Shown here in pieces: positions 10,243 through 19,343 of a stretch of DNA of 64,000 nucleotides (positions within the stretch are counted from its first letter, which is position 1; each line of letters begins with the position of its first letter). Under the pieces are notes generated by a model, which did no database searches, was not told the DNA's origin, and saw nothing but the letters and a program-made list of their open reading frames with translations. Made by a program: the position numbers and the translations under genes. The DNA comes from Succinivibrionaceae bacterium (GTDB lineage: Bacteria > Pseudomonadota > Gammaproteobacteria > Enterobacterales > Succinivibrionaceae). The stretch spans positions 5,442 to 69,441 of the forward strand of contig JAZQPH010000045.1 of the NCBI GenBank assembly GCA_045628385.1, written 5' to 3'.

Positions 10243-13077
10243 CTAGCGCGAGCGCTGCATGTGCGCTGCCAAGAATCTGCCCGTATGCGAAGCAGAGACA
10301 TTCATTATCTCCTCGGGAGATCCTTCGGCAATTATTTCTCCGCCGCCCGATCCGCCTTCCGGCCCGAGATCGACGATGTAATCCGCAGTCTTGACGACAT
10401 CAAGATTATGTTCGATGACGACGACCGTATTGCCTGCGTCCCTCAGACGCTTCAGTACGCCCAACAGCATGTCCACGTCTTTAAAATGAAGACCCGTCGT
10501 AGGTTCGTCCAAAATGTACAGCGTGCTCGACGTGTCTCTGCGCGACAGCTCTTTTGCAAGCTTTACGCGCTGAGCTTCGCCTCCCGAAAGCATGGTCGCG
10601 GACTGGCCCACGGAAACATAGCTGAGACCGACGTCGATGAGCGTTTTTAATTTTCTGGCGATCGGCGGAACTGCCTGGAAAAATTCATGCGCTTCTTCGA
10701 CCGACATCTCAAGCACTTCCGAGATATTTTTTCCTTTGTACCTGACTTCCAAAGTTTCGCGGTTAAAGCGTTTTCCGCGGCATTCGTCGCAAGGCACGAA
10801 CACGTCGGGAAGAAAGTTCATGCTAACCCTTATGAGTCCGTCGCCCTCGCACGCTTCGCACCGCCCGCCTTTGACGTTAAACGAGAAACGTCCGGGAGCA
10901 TAGCCTCTTGCCCTTGCTTCTTCCGTCGCCGCGAACAGATCGCGGATAAGAGAAAATACGCCCGTATAAGTCGCAGGATTTGAACGCGGCGTGCGGCCGA
11001 TTGGAGCCTGATCGATTGCTATGACCTTGTCAAAATGCTCAAGTCCCTTAATTTTCTTGTAAGGAGCAGGACTGTCTCCCGTTCCGCCGTTTAGTTCTCT
11101 GAATGCTATGCGGTAGAGAGTGTCGTTAACCAGCGTTGATTTGCCCGAGCCTGACACGCCGGTAACGCAGGTAAACAATCCTACGGGAATGCGGAAATTG
11201 ACGTTTTTTAGGTTATTTCCCGAAGCCCCGATTATCTCGAGCCATTTGCTTCCCGGTTTGATTCGCGCGCAAGGAACTTCGATGCGGCGCCTTCCCGAAA
11301 GATAATCGCCTGTCACCGAGGATTCGCATGCCATTACTTCCTCCGGAGTTCCCGCAGCCACTACGCAGCCGCCGTGAACTCCGGCGCCCGGACCGATATC
11401 GACCAGAAAATCCGCCGCGCGCATGGCATCTTCGTCATGCTCTACGACAATCACGGTATTTCCGATATCGCGAAGATGCGTCAGCGTCGAAAGCAATTTT
11501 TCATTGTCTCTTTGATGAAGCCCGATGGACGGTTCGTCAAGAACGTACATGACTCCCACAAGTCCCGCGCCTATCTGGCTTGCCAGCCTTATGCGCTGCG
11601 CCTCGCCGCCCGAAAGAGTTTCGGCAGTTCTTGCAAGCGAAAGATAGCCGAGACCGACATTTACCAAAAATCCCAGGCGATCCCTGATTTCCTTAAGAAT
11701 CTTTTCCGCAATTGTCTTTTTCTGCCCCTGCAAAATCAGTCTTTGGAAAAAACCTGCCGATTCGGCAACCGGCATTTCGACGATCGAAGGAAGATTGACA
11801 TCGCCGATAAATACGTTTCTTGCGGGCTCGTTGAGTCTGCTGCCGCCGCAGGCGCTGCACGGAAGAACCGTAAGATAGCGGGCAAGATCGTCACGAATGT
11901 AGTTAGACTCCGTTTCTTTGTAGCGGCGCGACATATTGCCGATGATGCCTTCAAAAGGGGTGCGAACCTGGCGCACCGCGCCGTTATCGCCGAAGAACAC
12001 CATATTTATTTCTTCAGTTCCTGTGCCGTCGAGCAATACCTTCTGATGTTCTGGCGCAAGTTCGCAAAACGGAACGGACAAGTCAAATCCGTAATGCTCG
12101 GCAACGCAGGCAAGCGAGCGGAAATAGTAATAACAGCGCTTGTCCCAGCCTTTGATTGCCCCAGCCTCAACTGAAAGCTCGGGATTGCTCACGACTTTAT
12201 TGCGGTCAAAGTGCTCGCTCACGCCCAAACCGTCGCATACGGGACAAGCGCCAGCAGGATTGTTGAACGAAAAAAGCCTCGGCTCCACTTCCTTCAGGGA
12301 ATAGCCGCATTCAGGGCACGCGAACCGGTCCGAAAATATTCTTGCTTCAGGACCCGCATCTTTGTCGATTGGTTCCACGCGCACCACGCCTTCAGACAGT
12401 TTGAGCGCGGTTTCGAAAGATTCGGCAAGACGCTGCGCTATGCCGTCTTTGACCTTGAATCTGTCGATCACGACTTCGATGGTGTGCTTTTTTCTTAGTT
12501 CAAGAGCCGGTGGATCCGAAAGATCGCAAAGCTCTCCGTCAATGCGCGCTCTTACGTATCCGTCTCCTGCAAGCGATGCCAGCAGCTGCTTGTGCTCGCC
12601 TTTTCGCTCATTGACGACAGGTGCTAGCAGCATGAGTTTTGTGCCCTCTTCCATGGCAAGTACCGCATCAACCATCTGCGTGACGGTCTGAGCTTTAAGC
12701 GAATGCCCGTGCGCCGGGCATCTTGGATCGCCGACTCTTGCAAACAAAAGGCGCAGATAATCGTACACCTCGGTTATGGTGCCTACCGTCGAACGGGGAT
12801 TGTGCGATGTCGATTTCTGTTCGATGGAGATGGCAGGCGACAGTCCTTCGATCTGATCGACGTCGGGCTTGTCCATGCGCGACAGAAACTGCCTTGCATA
12901 AGGCGACAGGGATTCCACGTATCTTCGCTGCCCTTCTGCATACAAAGTATCAAAAGCGAGCGAAGATTTGCCCGAGCCCGAGAGTCCCGTAATCACAACC
13001 AGCTGATCGCGCGGAATGGACAGATTGATATTTTTCAGGTTATGTGTCCTTGCCCCGCGAATCTCAATGCGCTCCAT
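10243..13077 (-). CDS. uvrA: Excinuclease ABC subunit UvrA
   Basis: 944 aa. Begins [44 protein letters not shown], with two ABC modules and zinc-finger cysteines. Confidence 0.98.
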   Translation of the reverse strand: MERIEIRGARTHNLKNINLSIPRDQLVVITGLSGSGKSSLAFDTLYAEGQRRYVESLSPYARQFLSRMDKPDVDQIEGLSPAISIEQKSTSHNPRSTVGTITEVYDYLRLLFARVGDPRCPAHGHSLKAQTVTQMVDAVLAMEEGTKLMLLAPVVNERKGEHKQLLASLAGDGYVRARIDGELCDLSDPPALELRKKHTIEVVIDRFKVKDGIAQRLAESFETALKLSEGVVRVEPIDKDAGPEARIFSDRFACPECGYSLKEVEPRLFSFNNPAGACPVCDGLGVSEHFDRNKVVSNPELSVEAGAIKGWDKRCYYYFRSLACVAEHYGFDLSVPFCELAPEHQKVLLDGTGTEEINMVFFGDNGAVRQVRTPFEGIIGNMSRRYKETESNYIRDDLARYLTVLPCSACGGSRLNEPARNVFIGDVNLPSIVEMPVAESAGFFQRLILQGQKKTIAEKILKEIRDRLGFLVNVGLGYLSLARTAETLSGGEAQRIRLASQIGAGLVGVMYVLDEPSIGLHQRDNEKLLSTLTHLRDIGNTVIVVEHDEDAMRAADFLVDIGPGAGVHGGCVVAAGTPEEVMACESSVTGDYLSGRRRIEVPCARIKPGSKWLEIIGASGNNLKNVNFRIPVGLFTCVTGVSGSGKSTLVNDTLYRIAFRELNGGTGDSPAPYKKIKGLEHFDKVIAIDQAPIGRTPRSNPATYTGVFSLIRDLFAATEEARARGYAPGRFSFNVKGGRCEACEGDGLIRVSMNFLPDVFVPCDECRGKRFNRETLEVRYKGKNISEVLEMSVEEAHEFFQAVPPIARKLKTLIDVGLSYVSVGQSATMLSGGEAQRVKLAKELSRRDTSSTLYILDEPTTGLHFKDVDMLLGVLKRLRDAGNTVVVIEHNLDVVKTADYIVDLGPEGGSGGGEIIAEGSPEEIMNVSASHTGRFLAAHMQRSR

Positions 13078-13285
13078 GCTGCATGCCCCTCATCTGTTCC
13101 GATCCAATCCCCTATATTAAAACGGCAGGCTAAATTCGTAAATATGCCGCGGCAACCTTTATTTGTTGTCAGTTTTAAGCAGTCCGTCACGCCGAAATTA
13201 AATCTCGGGTGCTAATTATTATTTTGGCGAAGCCGCAGGGATGAGGCGAGCATGCCGATCACTTACAAGCGGCATAAGGAGAAAC

Positions 13286-14749
13286 ATGATCAACAAAAAC
13301 CGAATGGGCGCAAAGCCGCCTGCCGACCCGCAAAAACGCAGAGCCGTCGAATCCAGAATACTGCAGTGGCTGATTGTAATTTTGTCATGCGCCGCCGCAG
13401 CTCTCATACCGGTAATATGGCCCGACATACTCAGCCTGACGCCGGTTCAGCACATAACGTTTGTCATCTTTGCCATGGCCGCCGCGCTTTGGATTCTCGA
13501 GCCTGTTCCCGTATATGCAACGTCGCTTCTCATCATCGGATCGCTCGCGGCGCTTCTTTCGAACTCCGCAATCACGCCGCTTCGAAACTACCTTCTTGAG
13601 TGCGACAAAGACCATATGCTCTCTTTCAAGCAGGTTCTCAACAGTTTCAGCGATCCCGTAATTATTCTGTTCCTCGGAGGTTTCGGCCTGGCAATTGCCG
13701 CATCCAAGTACAAACTTGACGTCAACCTTGCCCGCGTGATGCTTAAGCCGTTCGGCAAGCGTCCTAAATTCGTCATGCTTGGCATCATGGCCATCACGGG
13801 CGGCTTTGCCATGTTCATGAGCAACACGGCAACCACCGTCATGATGCTGGCGATGATAACGCCCGTCATCATGGCATTTAACAAAGCCGATCCGGGAATC
13901 AAAGGTCTCATCCTGTGCGTGCCATTTGCCGCAAACATCGGCGGCATCGCGACTCCTATCGGAACGCCTCCAAATGCCATCGCGCTCGGAAAAATGCAGG
14001 AGATGAACCCCGAAACCGCAATCGATTTCATGCATTGGATGATGATCGGCCTGCCTCTTGCGCTCGTTTGCATCTTCATTGTGTGGGTTCTGCTCTGCCT
14101 CATGTTCAGAAGCACCGAAAAAGAAGTGGTCGTCAAAATTGATTCCCAATTCTCTACCGATTGGAGATCGATGGTCGTTTATGCGGTATTCGGCATCACC
14201 ATTCTTCTGTGGATGACCGAAAAGCTTCACGGCATCAACAGCTATGTAGTCGCGCTCGTGCCTCTTATCGGCTACACGTGCACAGGCATCATCAAAGCAG
14301 AAGACATCAAAACGATGAATTGGGACGTGATTTGGCTTATCGCGGGCGGCATCGCCATCGGCAACGCCCTTGGCCAGACAGGGCTTGCAGAAAAACTTGC
14401 CAATATCGTCGATTACTCGAAGCACAGCGGAATCATCATCGTCGTGTTAATCGGCAGCATCGGCTGGGCGCTTTCAAACTTTATATCCAACACGGCCGCG
14501 GCCAATCTTATGATTCCGATTGCGGCAGCCGTGCTGACCCAAGCGGGCGACATCGGCATCGAAACTCCGATGGTGCTCATGTGCGTTGCCCTTTGCATGT
14601 CCTTTGCGATGACGCTTCCTATAAGCACTCCGCCAAATGCGCTTGCTTATGCAACGGGTTTCATCACCAACAAAGACATGATGAAAGCGGGCGGCATCGC
14701 AAGCGTCATCTGTCTTGGACTTTGCTTCCTGATCCTGTGGATCTCCTGA
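13286..14749 (+). CDS. DASS (SLC13) family sodium-coupled anion/dicarboxylate symporter
   Basis: Start re-called to the ATG at 13286, with an AAGGAG Shine-Dalgarno at 13274. Polytopic membrane protein with the two hairpin SNT motifs typical of DASS carriers (FMSNTATTVMM and FISNTAAANLM). Confidence 0.85.
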   Translation: MINKNRMGAKPPADPQKRRAVESRILQWLIVILSCAAAALIPVIWPDILSLTPVQHITFVIFAMAAALWILEPVPVYATSLLIIGSLAALLSNSAITPLRNYLLECDKDHMLSFKQVLNSFSDPVIILFLGGFGLAIAASKYKLDVNLARVMLKPFGKRPKFVMLGIMAITGGFAMFMSNTATTVMMLAMITPVIMAFNKADPGIKGLILCVPFAANIGGIATPIGTPPNAIALGKMQEMNPETAIDFMHWMMIGLPLALVCIFIVWVLLCLMFRSTEKEVVVKIDSQFSTDWRSMVVYAVFGITILLWMTEKLHGINSYVVALVPLIGYTCTGIIKAEDIKTMNWDVIWLIAGGIAIGNALGQTGLAEKLANIVDYSKHSGIIIVVLIGSIGWALSNFISNTAAANLMIPIAAAVLTQAGDIGIETPMVLMCVALCMSFAMTLPISTPPNALAYATGFITNKDMMKAGGIASVICLGLCFLILWIS

Positions 14750-14774
14750 CGGGCAAATCCTAAATTGCTCCAAA

Positions 14775-14799
14775 ACCGCCGGCCTTCCGGCGGTTTTTT
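14775..14799 (+). terminator. Rho-independent terminator after the DASS gene
   Basis: ACCGCCGG-CCTT-CCGGCGGT stem-loop followed by TTTTTT, 26 nt after the stop codon. Confidence 0.8.
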
Positions 14800-14881
14800 A
14801 TCGCGCGCAAAACGCACCCGCCGCATTTTGCAGCCTTCATGATCCAAAGGACGAAGCGCGCGCGGCTGCGGCGCTGAACCG

Positions 14882-14910
14882 AAAATAAAAACGGCGCCTC
14901 GTCGGCGCCG
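14882..14910 (-). terminator. Rho-independent terminator after rpoH
   Basis: CGGCGCC-TCGTC-GGCGCCG stem-loop. On the minus strand it is followed by GTTTTTATTTTC, 18 nt downstream of the rpoH stop. Confidence 0.8.
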
Positions 14911-14927
14911 CTTGTTCGGCAAAGATT

Positions 14928-15797
14928 CTATTCTTCTTCGCTGATTTTCATGATTATTCTCTTGAGCGTGGCAAGCGCTTGTTTTTCAAGCTGCCTTACG
15001 CGCTCGGCCGAAACTCCGAACCGTTCCGCCAGCTCCTGAAGCGTTGCCTTGTTCTCGTCGAGCCAACGCCTTTGCACGATATATCTGGCCCTTTCGTCAA
15101 GCTGGCTCAGTGCTTCTGCAAGAGATTCCTGGGCACTGTCCTGCCAGTCGGTTGTCTCCATTTTTACGGAAAAATTCGAATTTTTGTCTTCAAGGCACAA
15201 AAGAGGAAGCCTAAGGGTCGGATCTTCCTCGACAATCTCGGTCGTATCGTAGCTCATGTCGGGAGCGGCCATCCGGGCTTCCATTTCCGTCACTTCGCGC
15301 TCGCTCACGCCGAGTTCGCAGGCTACCATCTTGACGTCGGAATCCGAAAGCCACTTGCTGTCATGCTTAAATTTGCGCAAATTGAAAAACAGTTTGCGCT
15401 GGGCTTTCGTGGTCGCGATCTTGACCAGTTTCCAATTTTTTATGACGAAGTCGTGAATTTCTGACTTAATCCAGTGTATGGCATAAGTTGCAAGACGCAC
15501 GCCGTTTTCGGGTTTGAACCGTTTGACCGCCTGCATCAGGCCGATGCTGCCTTCTTGGATCAGATCTTTAAGCTGCAGGCCGTAACCCATGTAACCTCTT
15601 GCTATACGCACGACAAAACGCATATGCGACATGACGAGTTTGTATGCCGCCTGCTGATCGCCCGTTTTCTGAAGAGCCTCGGCAAGGCTTGTTTCTTCGG
15701 TTGCCGTCAGCATAGGATAACTGTTGATTTTTCTGATATAGGCATCGAGTCCGTCATAAGCGACGAGTTGGCTGCCTAGCGCGATTTCTTCGGTCAC
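14928..15797 (-). CDS. rpoH: RNA polymerase heat-shock sigma factor RpoH (sigma-32)
   Basis: Near-colinear with E. coli RpoH (LIQEGSIGLMQAVKRFKPENGVRLATYAIHWIKSEIH; RpoH box KLVKIATTKAQRKLFFNLRK). Start re-called to the GTG at 15797, with a GAGGAG Shine-Dalgarno 8 nt upstream, giving 289 aa. It lies downstream of ftsYEX as in E. coli. Confidence 0.95.
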   Translation of the reverse strand: MTEEIALGSQLVAYDGLDAYIRKINSYPMLTATEETSLAEALQKTGDQQAAYKLVMSHMRFVVRIARGYMGYGLQLKDLIQEGSIGLMQAVKRFKPENGVRLATYAIHWIKSEIHDFVIKNWKLVKIATTKAQRKLFFNLRKFKHDSKWLSDSDVKMVACELGVSEREVTEMEARMAAPDMSYDTTEIVEEDPTLRLPLLCLEDKNSNFSVKMETTDWQDSAQESLAEALSQLDERARYIVQRRWLDENKATLQELAERFGVSAERVRQLEKQALATLKRIIMKISEEE

Positions 15798-15911
15798 GGC
15801 GAATGCTCCTCTTGCCTCAATTCCTACTTTTCCGATTATATGAAAGGATGGGCAAAAAGTTAAGCAGATCACAAAGTATCGGTTTTTATATGATATCGAG
15901 AGTCGTTTTGT

Positions 15912-16859
15912 TCAGTTTTCTTCCGCATCCCTGAGCATAAACCACAAGGACACGACAGTTGCGGCCGCGCTCATAAGCACGCTGCAGGCCACCAAGAAGA
16001 GCGTTTCCCCGAGAGTGACGAGAATAAAATCAAAATGGCCGCCGTACAGATCGGCAAGATCTTCGATGATATAGGCCGCGCAGAGCACGAAGAACTCGTT
16101 TACCCACCAGGCAAGCAGACCTCCGAGCAATCCGATAAATACCCCCGCCCAGATATACGGACGCGAGACGAACGCATCAGTAGCGCCGAAAAAGCGCATT
16201 ACGTTCACCGTGTCGCGCTCGGTCAAGACATTCACCCTGATGGTATTTGCTACCGTGAGAAGAGCTCCCAAAACAAGCATGAGTCCGAGTCCGACGGCAA
16301 GATTTCGCATCAGGCTTCCGATTCCTTCGAGCCTTTTTACCCACATCAAATCAAACTTTGCCTGCTCAACCGCAGGATTGGCGCTCAGTTTGGCAAGAAG
16401 TTCGGCGCTGTCTTCTTCGCCGATCGCAACGCGTTCGGCAGGCGTTACCACGATGACGTCTGGAAGCGGATTGTCATCAAGATAGCCAAGCGGCTCAGCA
16501 AGACCTGAAACTCTTGAAAACTCCTCGAGACCTTCTTCTTTGGTAATTAGCCGCACCTGGGAGATGTACGGATCCGCTTTCAATTTCTCAACCAGAATTT
16601 CCGCATCGGCGCGGGACGTTTCATGCTTTAGGTAGAGCGAAGCCTGGCAGCTGTCGTTTAGCTTTGCGGTAACGGTGCGCGCATTTACGTAAAGCACGTA
16701 AAAGGTCATCGGCACCGCCAGACTTACGGCAATGACCGCTATCGTAAGAAAAGTTCTTATCGGCGAACCTATGAGCAAATCTATGGATTTCTTGATCGCC
16801 TTCTTCTGCTGGGCAAGCATGCCGCTGAATGAAGAGAGCTCAGAATTGTCTTCAGCCAT
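15912..16859 (-). CDS. ftsX: Cell division ABC transporter permease FtsX
   Basis: Start re-called to the ATG at 16859 (AAGGAG Shine-Dalgarno 9 nt upstream, 8-nt overlap with ftsE) rather than the TTG at 16907. Four-TM FtsX topology with a large first periplasmic loop. Confidence 0.9.
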   Translation of the reverse strand: MAEDNSELSSFSGMLAQQKKAIKKSIDLLIGSPIRTFLTIAVIAVSLAVPMTFYVLYVNARTVTAKLNDSCQASLYLKHETSRADAEILVEKLKADPYISQVRLITKEEGLEEFSRVSGLAEPLGYLDDNPLPDVIVVTPAERVAIGEEDSAELLAKLSANPAVEQAKFDLMWVKRLEGIGSLMRNLAVGLGLMLVLGALLTVANTIRVNVLTERDTVNVMRFFGATDAFVSRPYIWAGVFIGLLGGLLAWWVNEFFVLCAAYIIEDLADLYGGHFDFILVTLGETLFLVACSVLMSAAATVVSLWFMLRDAEEN

Positions 16860-17538
16860 GTGCGGCAGCTCCTTGGGGAATATCGGCTGCGAGCCTGCCT
16901 TTTTCAAGAATAATCTGCCTTCCTGGACGCCACTTCAGCATATTGTCGTCATGCGTGGCCAGAAGAACCGTCATCCTGCCGTTTGAGCTCAGCTCGTCAA
17001 ACAGGCGCAAAATTTCCCTGGCCATGGCAGAATCAAGATTTCCCGTGGGTTCGTCGGCGACAAGCAGTTTGGGCATATGCGCGATGGCGCGGGCTATGCC
17101 GACGCGCTGCTGTTCTCCGCCCGAAAGCATCAGGGGGTAGCATCGCTCTTTCTTAATCAAGCCAACCCTGTCTATGGCAGCCAAAACCCGCTTTTCGATT
17201 TCGGAATCGGAATATCCTTCTATTTCAAGCGGGAGCGCGACGTTGTCGTAAACCGTCGCGGTATTGATCAGCCGGTAATCTTGGAAAATCATGCCTATTC
17301 TGCGTCTTAAGTAAGGAATGCGCGACCTGGGCATGTCCGACACGACTTCTCCGTCAAAAACAATTTTGCCGCTGGTCGGGCGCTCGATGGCCGATATCAA
17401 TTTGAACAGGGTTGTCTTTCCTGCGCCCGAATGCCCCCTAAGATAGACAAACTCGCCGGGCTTTATGCCAAAAGACACGCCCTGCACGGCCTGAAGACCG
17501 CCCATGTAGCTTTTGGACACGTCATCAAACTGCAGCAT
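16852..17538 (-). CDS. ftsE: Cell division ATP-binding protein FtsE
   Basis: 228 aa with GHSGAGKTT, LSGGEQQRVGIARA and LVADEPTGNLD. It lies between ftsY and ftsX. Confidence 0.95.
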   Translation of the reverse strand: MLQFDDVSKSYMGGLQAVQGVSFGIKPGEFVYLRGHSGAGKTTLFKLISAIERPTSGKIVFDGEVVSDMPRSRIPYLRRRIGMIFQDYRLINTATVYDNVALPLEIEGYSDSEIEKRVLAAIDRVGLIKKERCYPLMLSGGEQQRVGIARAIAHMPKLLVADEPTGNLDSAMAREILRLFDELSSNGRMTVLLATHDDNMLKWRPGRQIILEKGRLAADIPQGAAAHG

Positions 17539-17541
17539 CCG

Positions 17542-18654
17542 TCAGCCCTCGGATTCCGAGAACAGAGCTTCGATAAAATCGTCGGCGTCAAACGGCCTCA
17601 AATCGTCGATGCCCTCGCCGACGCCGATGAAGCGCAAAGGGATGCCGAATTGGCTTGCGACCGCGAATATCACGCCGCCTTTGGCCGTGCCGTCGAGTTT
17701 CGTGACATTTACGCCCGTTAGCGGCACGGTGTCATTGAAAAGCTTGACTTGGCTTATCGCATTCATTCCCGTTCCCGCATCGATAGTCAGCATGACTTCG
17801 TGCGGGGCTGCGGGATCAATTTTCTGAATTACCCTTACGATCTTGCGCAGTTCATCCATAAGATTGGCTTTATTCTGCAAACGTCCTGCGGTATCGGCAA
17901 TCAGCACGTCAACGCCCTTGGCCTTGGCAGAACTGAATGCATCGAAAATAACCGATGCCGAATCGGCTCCCGTCTGCTGCGCCACGACAGGAACTCCGTT
18001 TCTGTGTCCCCAGACCTGAAGCTGCTCGACGGCAGCGGCTCGGAACGTGTCGCCCGCCGCCAGCATTACGGATTTGCCTTCTGACTGCAGGCGCTTTGCC
18101 AGTTTGCCGATAGTCGTTGTTTTGCCCACGCCGTTCACGCCGACCATGAGAATTACATACGGAGTTTTTCCGGAAACATCCAGCGGTTTTACCACCGGGC
18201 GCAGGATATCGCGCATTGCCTCGCGCAAAATGGCATAGAGCGCCTCGGCGTCATGAAGTTCGGACAAAGATGCCTGCTTGCGCACGCGTTCCATCACAAG
18301 TTCGGTCGTTTCGATTCCGAGATCCGCGCTCAAAAGCGTAGTTTCCAATTCCTCGAACAAATCGTCATCGATGCGCCTGCCCTTAAAGAGAGCCATAAAT
18401 CCGTAACCGATATTTTGACGGGTCTTCTTGAGCCCGCCCAAAAGTCTAGACCACATGCCGGGTTTGGATTTTTTGATTTCGCTCGGTCTTTGCTGAGTTT
18501 CTTCCGAAAATTCTTCGGCAGCATCCTTCATTGAAACGCCTTCAGGAAGGACCATCTTCGCCACGCCCGCTTCAGGCTGCTCAGGAACGGCGGCACTCTT
18601 TATTGCGGAATCGTCTTCCTGTTTCTTTTTTTTGCCCCAGCTGAAAAGAGCCAT
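17542..18654 (-). CDS. ftsY: Signal recognition particle receptor FtsY
   Basis: Start re-called to the ATG at 18654 (MALFSWGKKKK..., the typical FtsY N-terminus). NG domain motifs GVNGVGKTTTIGK, DTAGR and TKLDG are present. The longer ORF overlaps rsmD. Confidence 0.94.
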   Translation of the reverse strand: MALFSWGKKKKQEDDSAIKSAAVPEQPEAGVAKMVLPEGVSMKDAAEEFSEETQQRPSEIKKSKPGMWSRLLGGLKKTRQNIGYGFMALFKGRRIDDDLFEELETTLLSADLGIETTELVMERVRKQASLSELHDAEALYAILREAMRDILRPVVKPLDVSGKTPYVILMVGVNGVGKTTTIGKLAKRLQSEGKSVMLAAGDTFRAAAVEQLQVWGHRNGVPVVAQQTGADSASVIFDAFSSAKAKGVDVLIADTAGRLQNKANLMDELRKIVRVIQKIDPAAPHEVMLTIDAGTGMNAISQVKLFNDTVPLTGVNVTKLDGTAKGGVIFAVASQFGIPLRFIGVGEGIDDLRPFDADDFIEALFSESEG

Positions 18655-18731
18655 GTTCTTACTCCTGCAAGCGCTTCCCGCGCCGCTATGTTTATGAAAA
18701 CTCTGCCCCGGAAAACCGGGGAAAACGTATT

Positions 18732-19343
18732 TTATTCCGAAACGGACATTTGTTTTCGTCTGAAAAGACAATAGCGCACCTGTCCCGCCGTTTTGTCGCG
18801 CAAAAGTTCCCAATTGGCGGGAACATCGGCGGTTTCATCGGCGCGGCGCTCAAGATACACGAAGCATCCGTCGCACAAATAGCCGCCGGTCTCGAGCAGT
18901 CGGCAAGTTTTTTCCAAAAAGTCCTTGCCAAACGGCGGATCGAGAAATACCAGCCCATAAGGATTTTCTCTGTTGGGCTGAGAAAGATACGCCAATGCGT
19001 CGCCGAGGACGACTTCGGCATCCGCGCATCCGAGAACTGCCAGATTTTTTTTCAGCAACTCTGCCGCCTGCGGGTTAAGCTCAATCATGCGGGAACGCGA
19101 AGCGCCGCGGGACAGCGCTTCCAAAGAAAGAGCTCCCGAACCCGCAAACGGATCCAAACACCGCAAGCCTCGAATGTCGAACTGAAGCCAGTTGAACAAA
19201 GTTTCGCGAACTCTGTCGGTCGTAGGCCTGAGTCCCTGCGCAGACAGCACAGGAAGTTTTCGACCCTTCCACTTTCCCGCGATGATTCTTACTTCACCCA
19301 AAGATCTGTCCGCCGTATCTCGGGATTTAGTCTGCTTTTTCAC
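18732..19343 (-). CDS. rsmD: 16S rRNA (guanine966-N2)-methyltransferase RsmD
   Basis: 203 aa. Contains IIAGKWKGRKLPV..GLRPTTDRVRETLFNWL..CLDPFAGSGALSLEALSRGA..VFLDPPF, colinear with E. coli RsmD. Its GTG start overlaps the stop of the upstream Sel1 gene. Confidence 0.92.
   Translation of the reverse strand: MKKQTKSRDTADRSLGEVRIIAGKWKGRKLPVLSAQGLRPTTDRVRETLFNWLQFDIRGLRCLDPFAGSGALSLEALSRGASRSRMIELNPQAAELLKKNLAVLGCADAEVVLGDALAYLSQPNRENPYGLVFLDPPFGKDFLEKTCRLLETGGYLCDGCFVYLERRADETADVPANWELLRDKTAGQVRYCLFRRKQMSVSE

Noticed and set aside
13385-14425. 346-aa ORF antisense to the DASS transporter gene
   Set aside because: Its composition is dominated by His/Asp/Arg/Gly, as expected from reading hydrophobic membrane-protein codons backwards. 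It has no Shine-Dalgarno and no recognisable motifs. The sense-strand transporter is clearly real.
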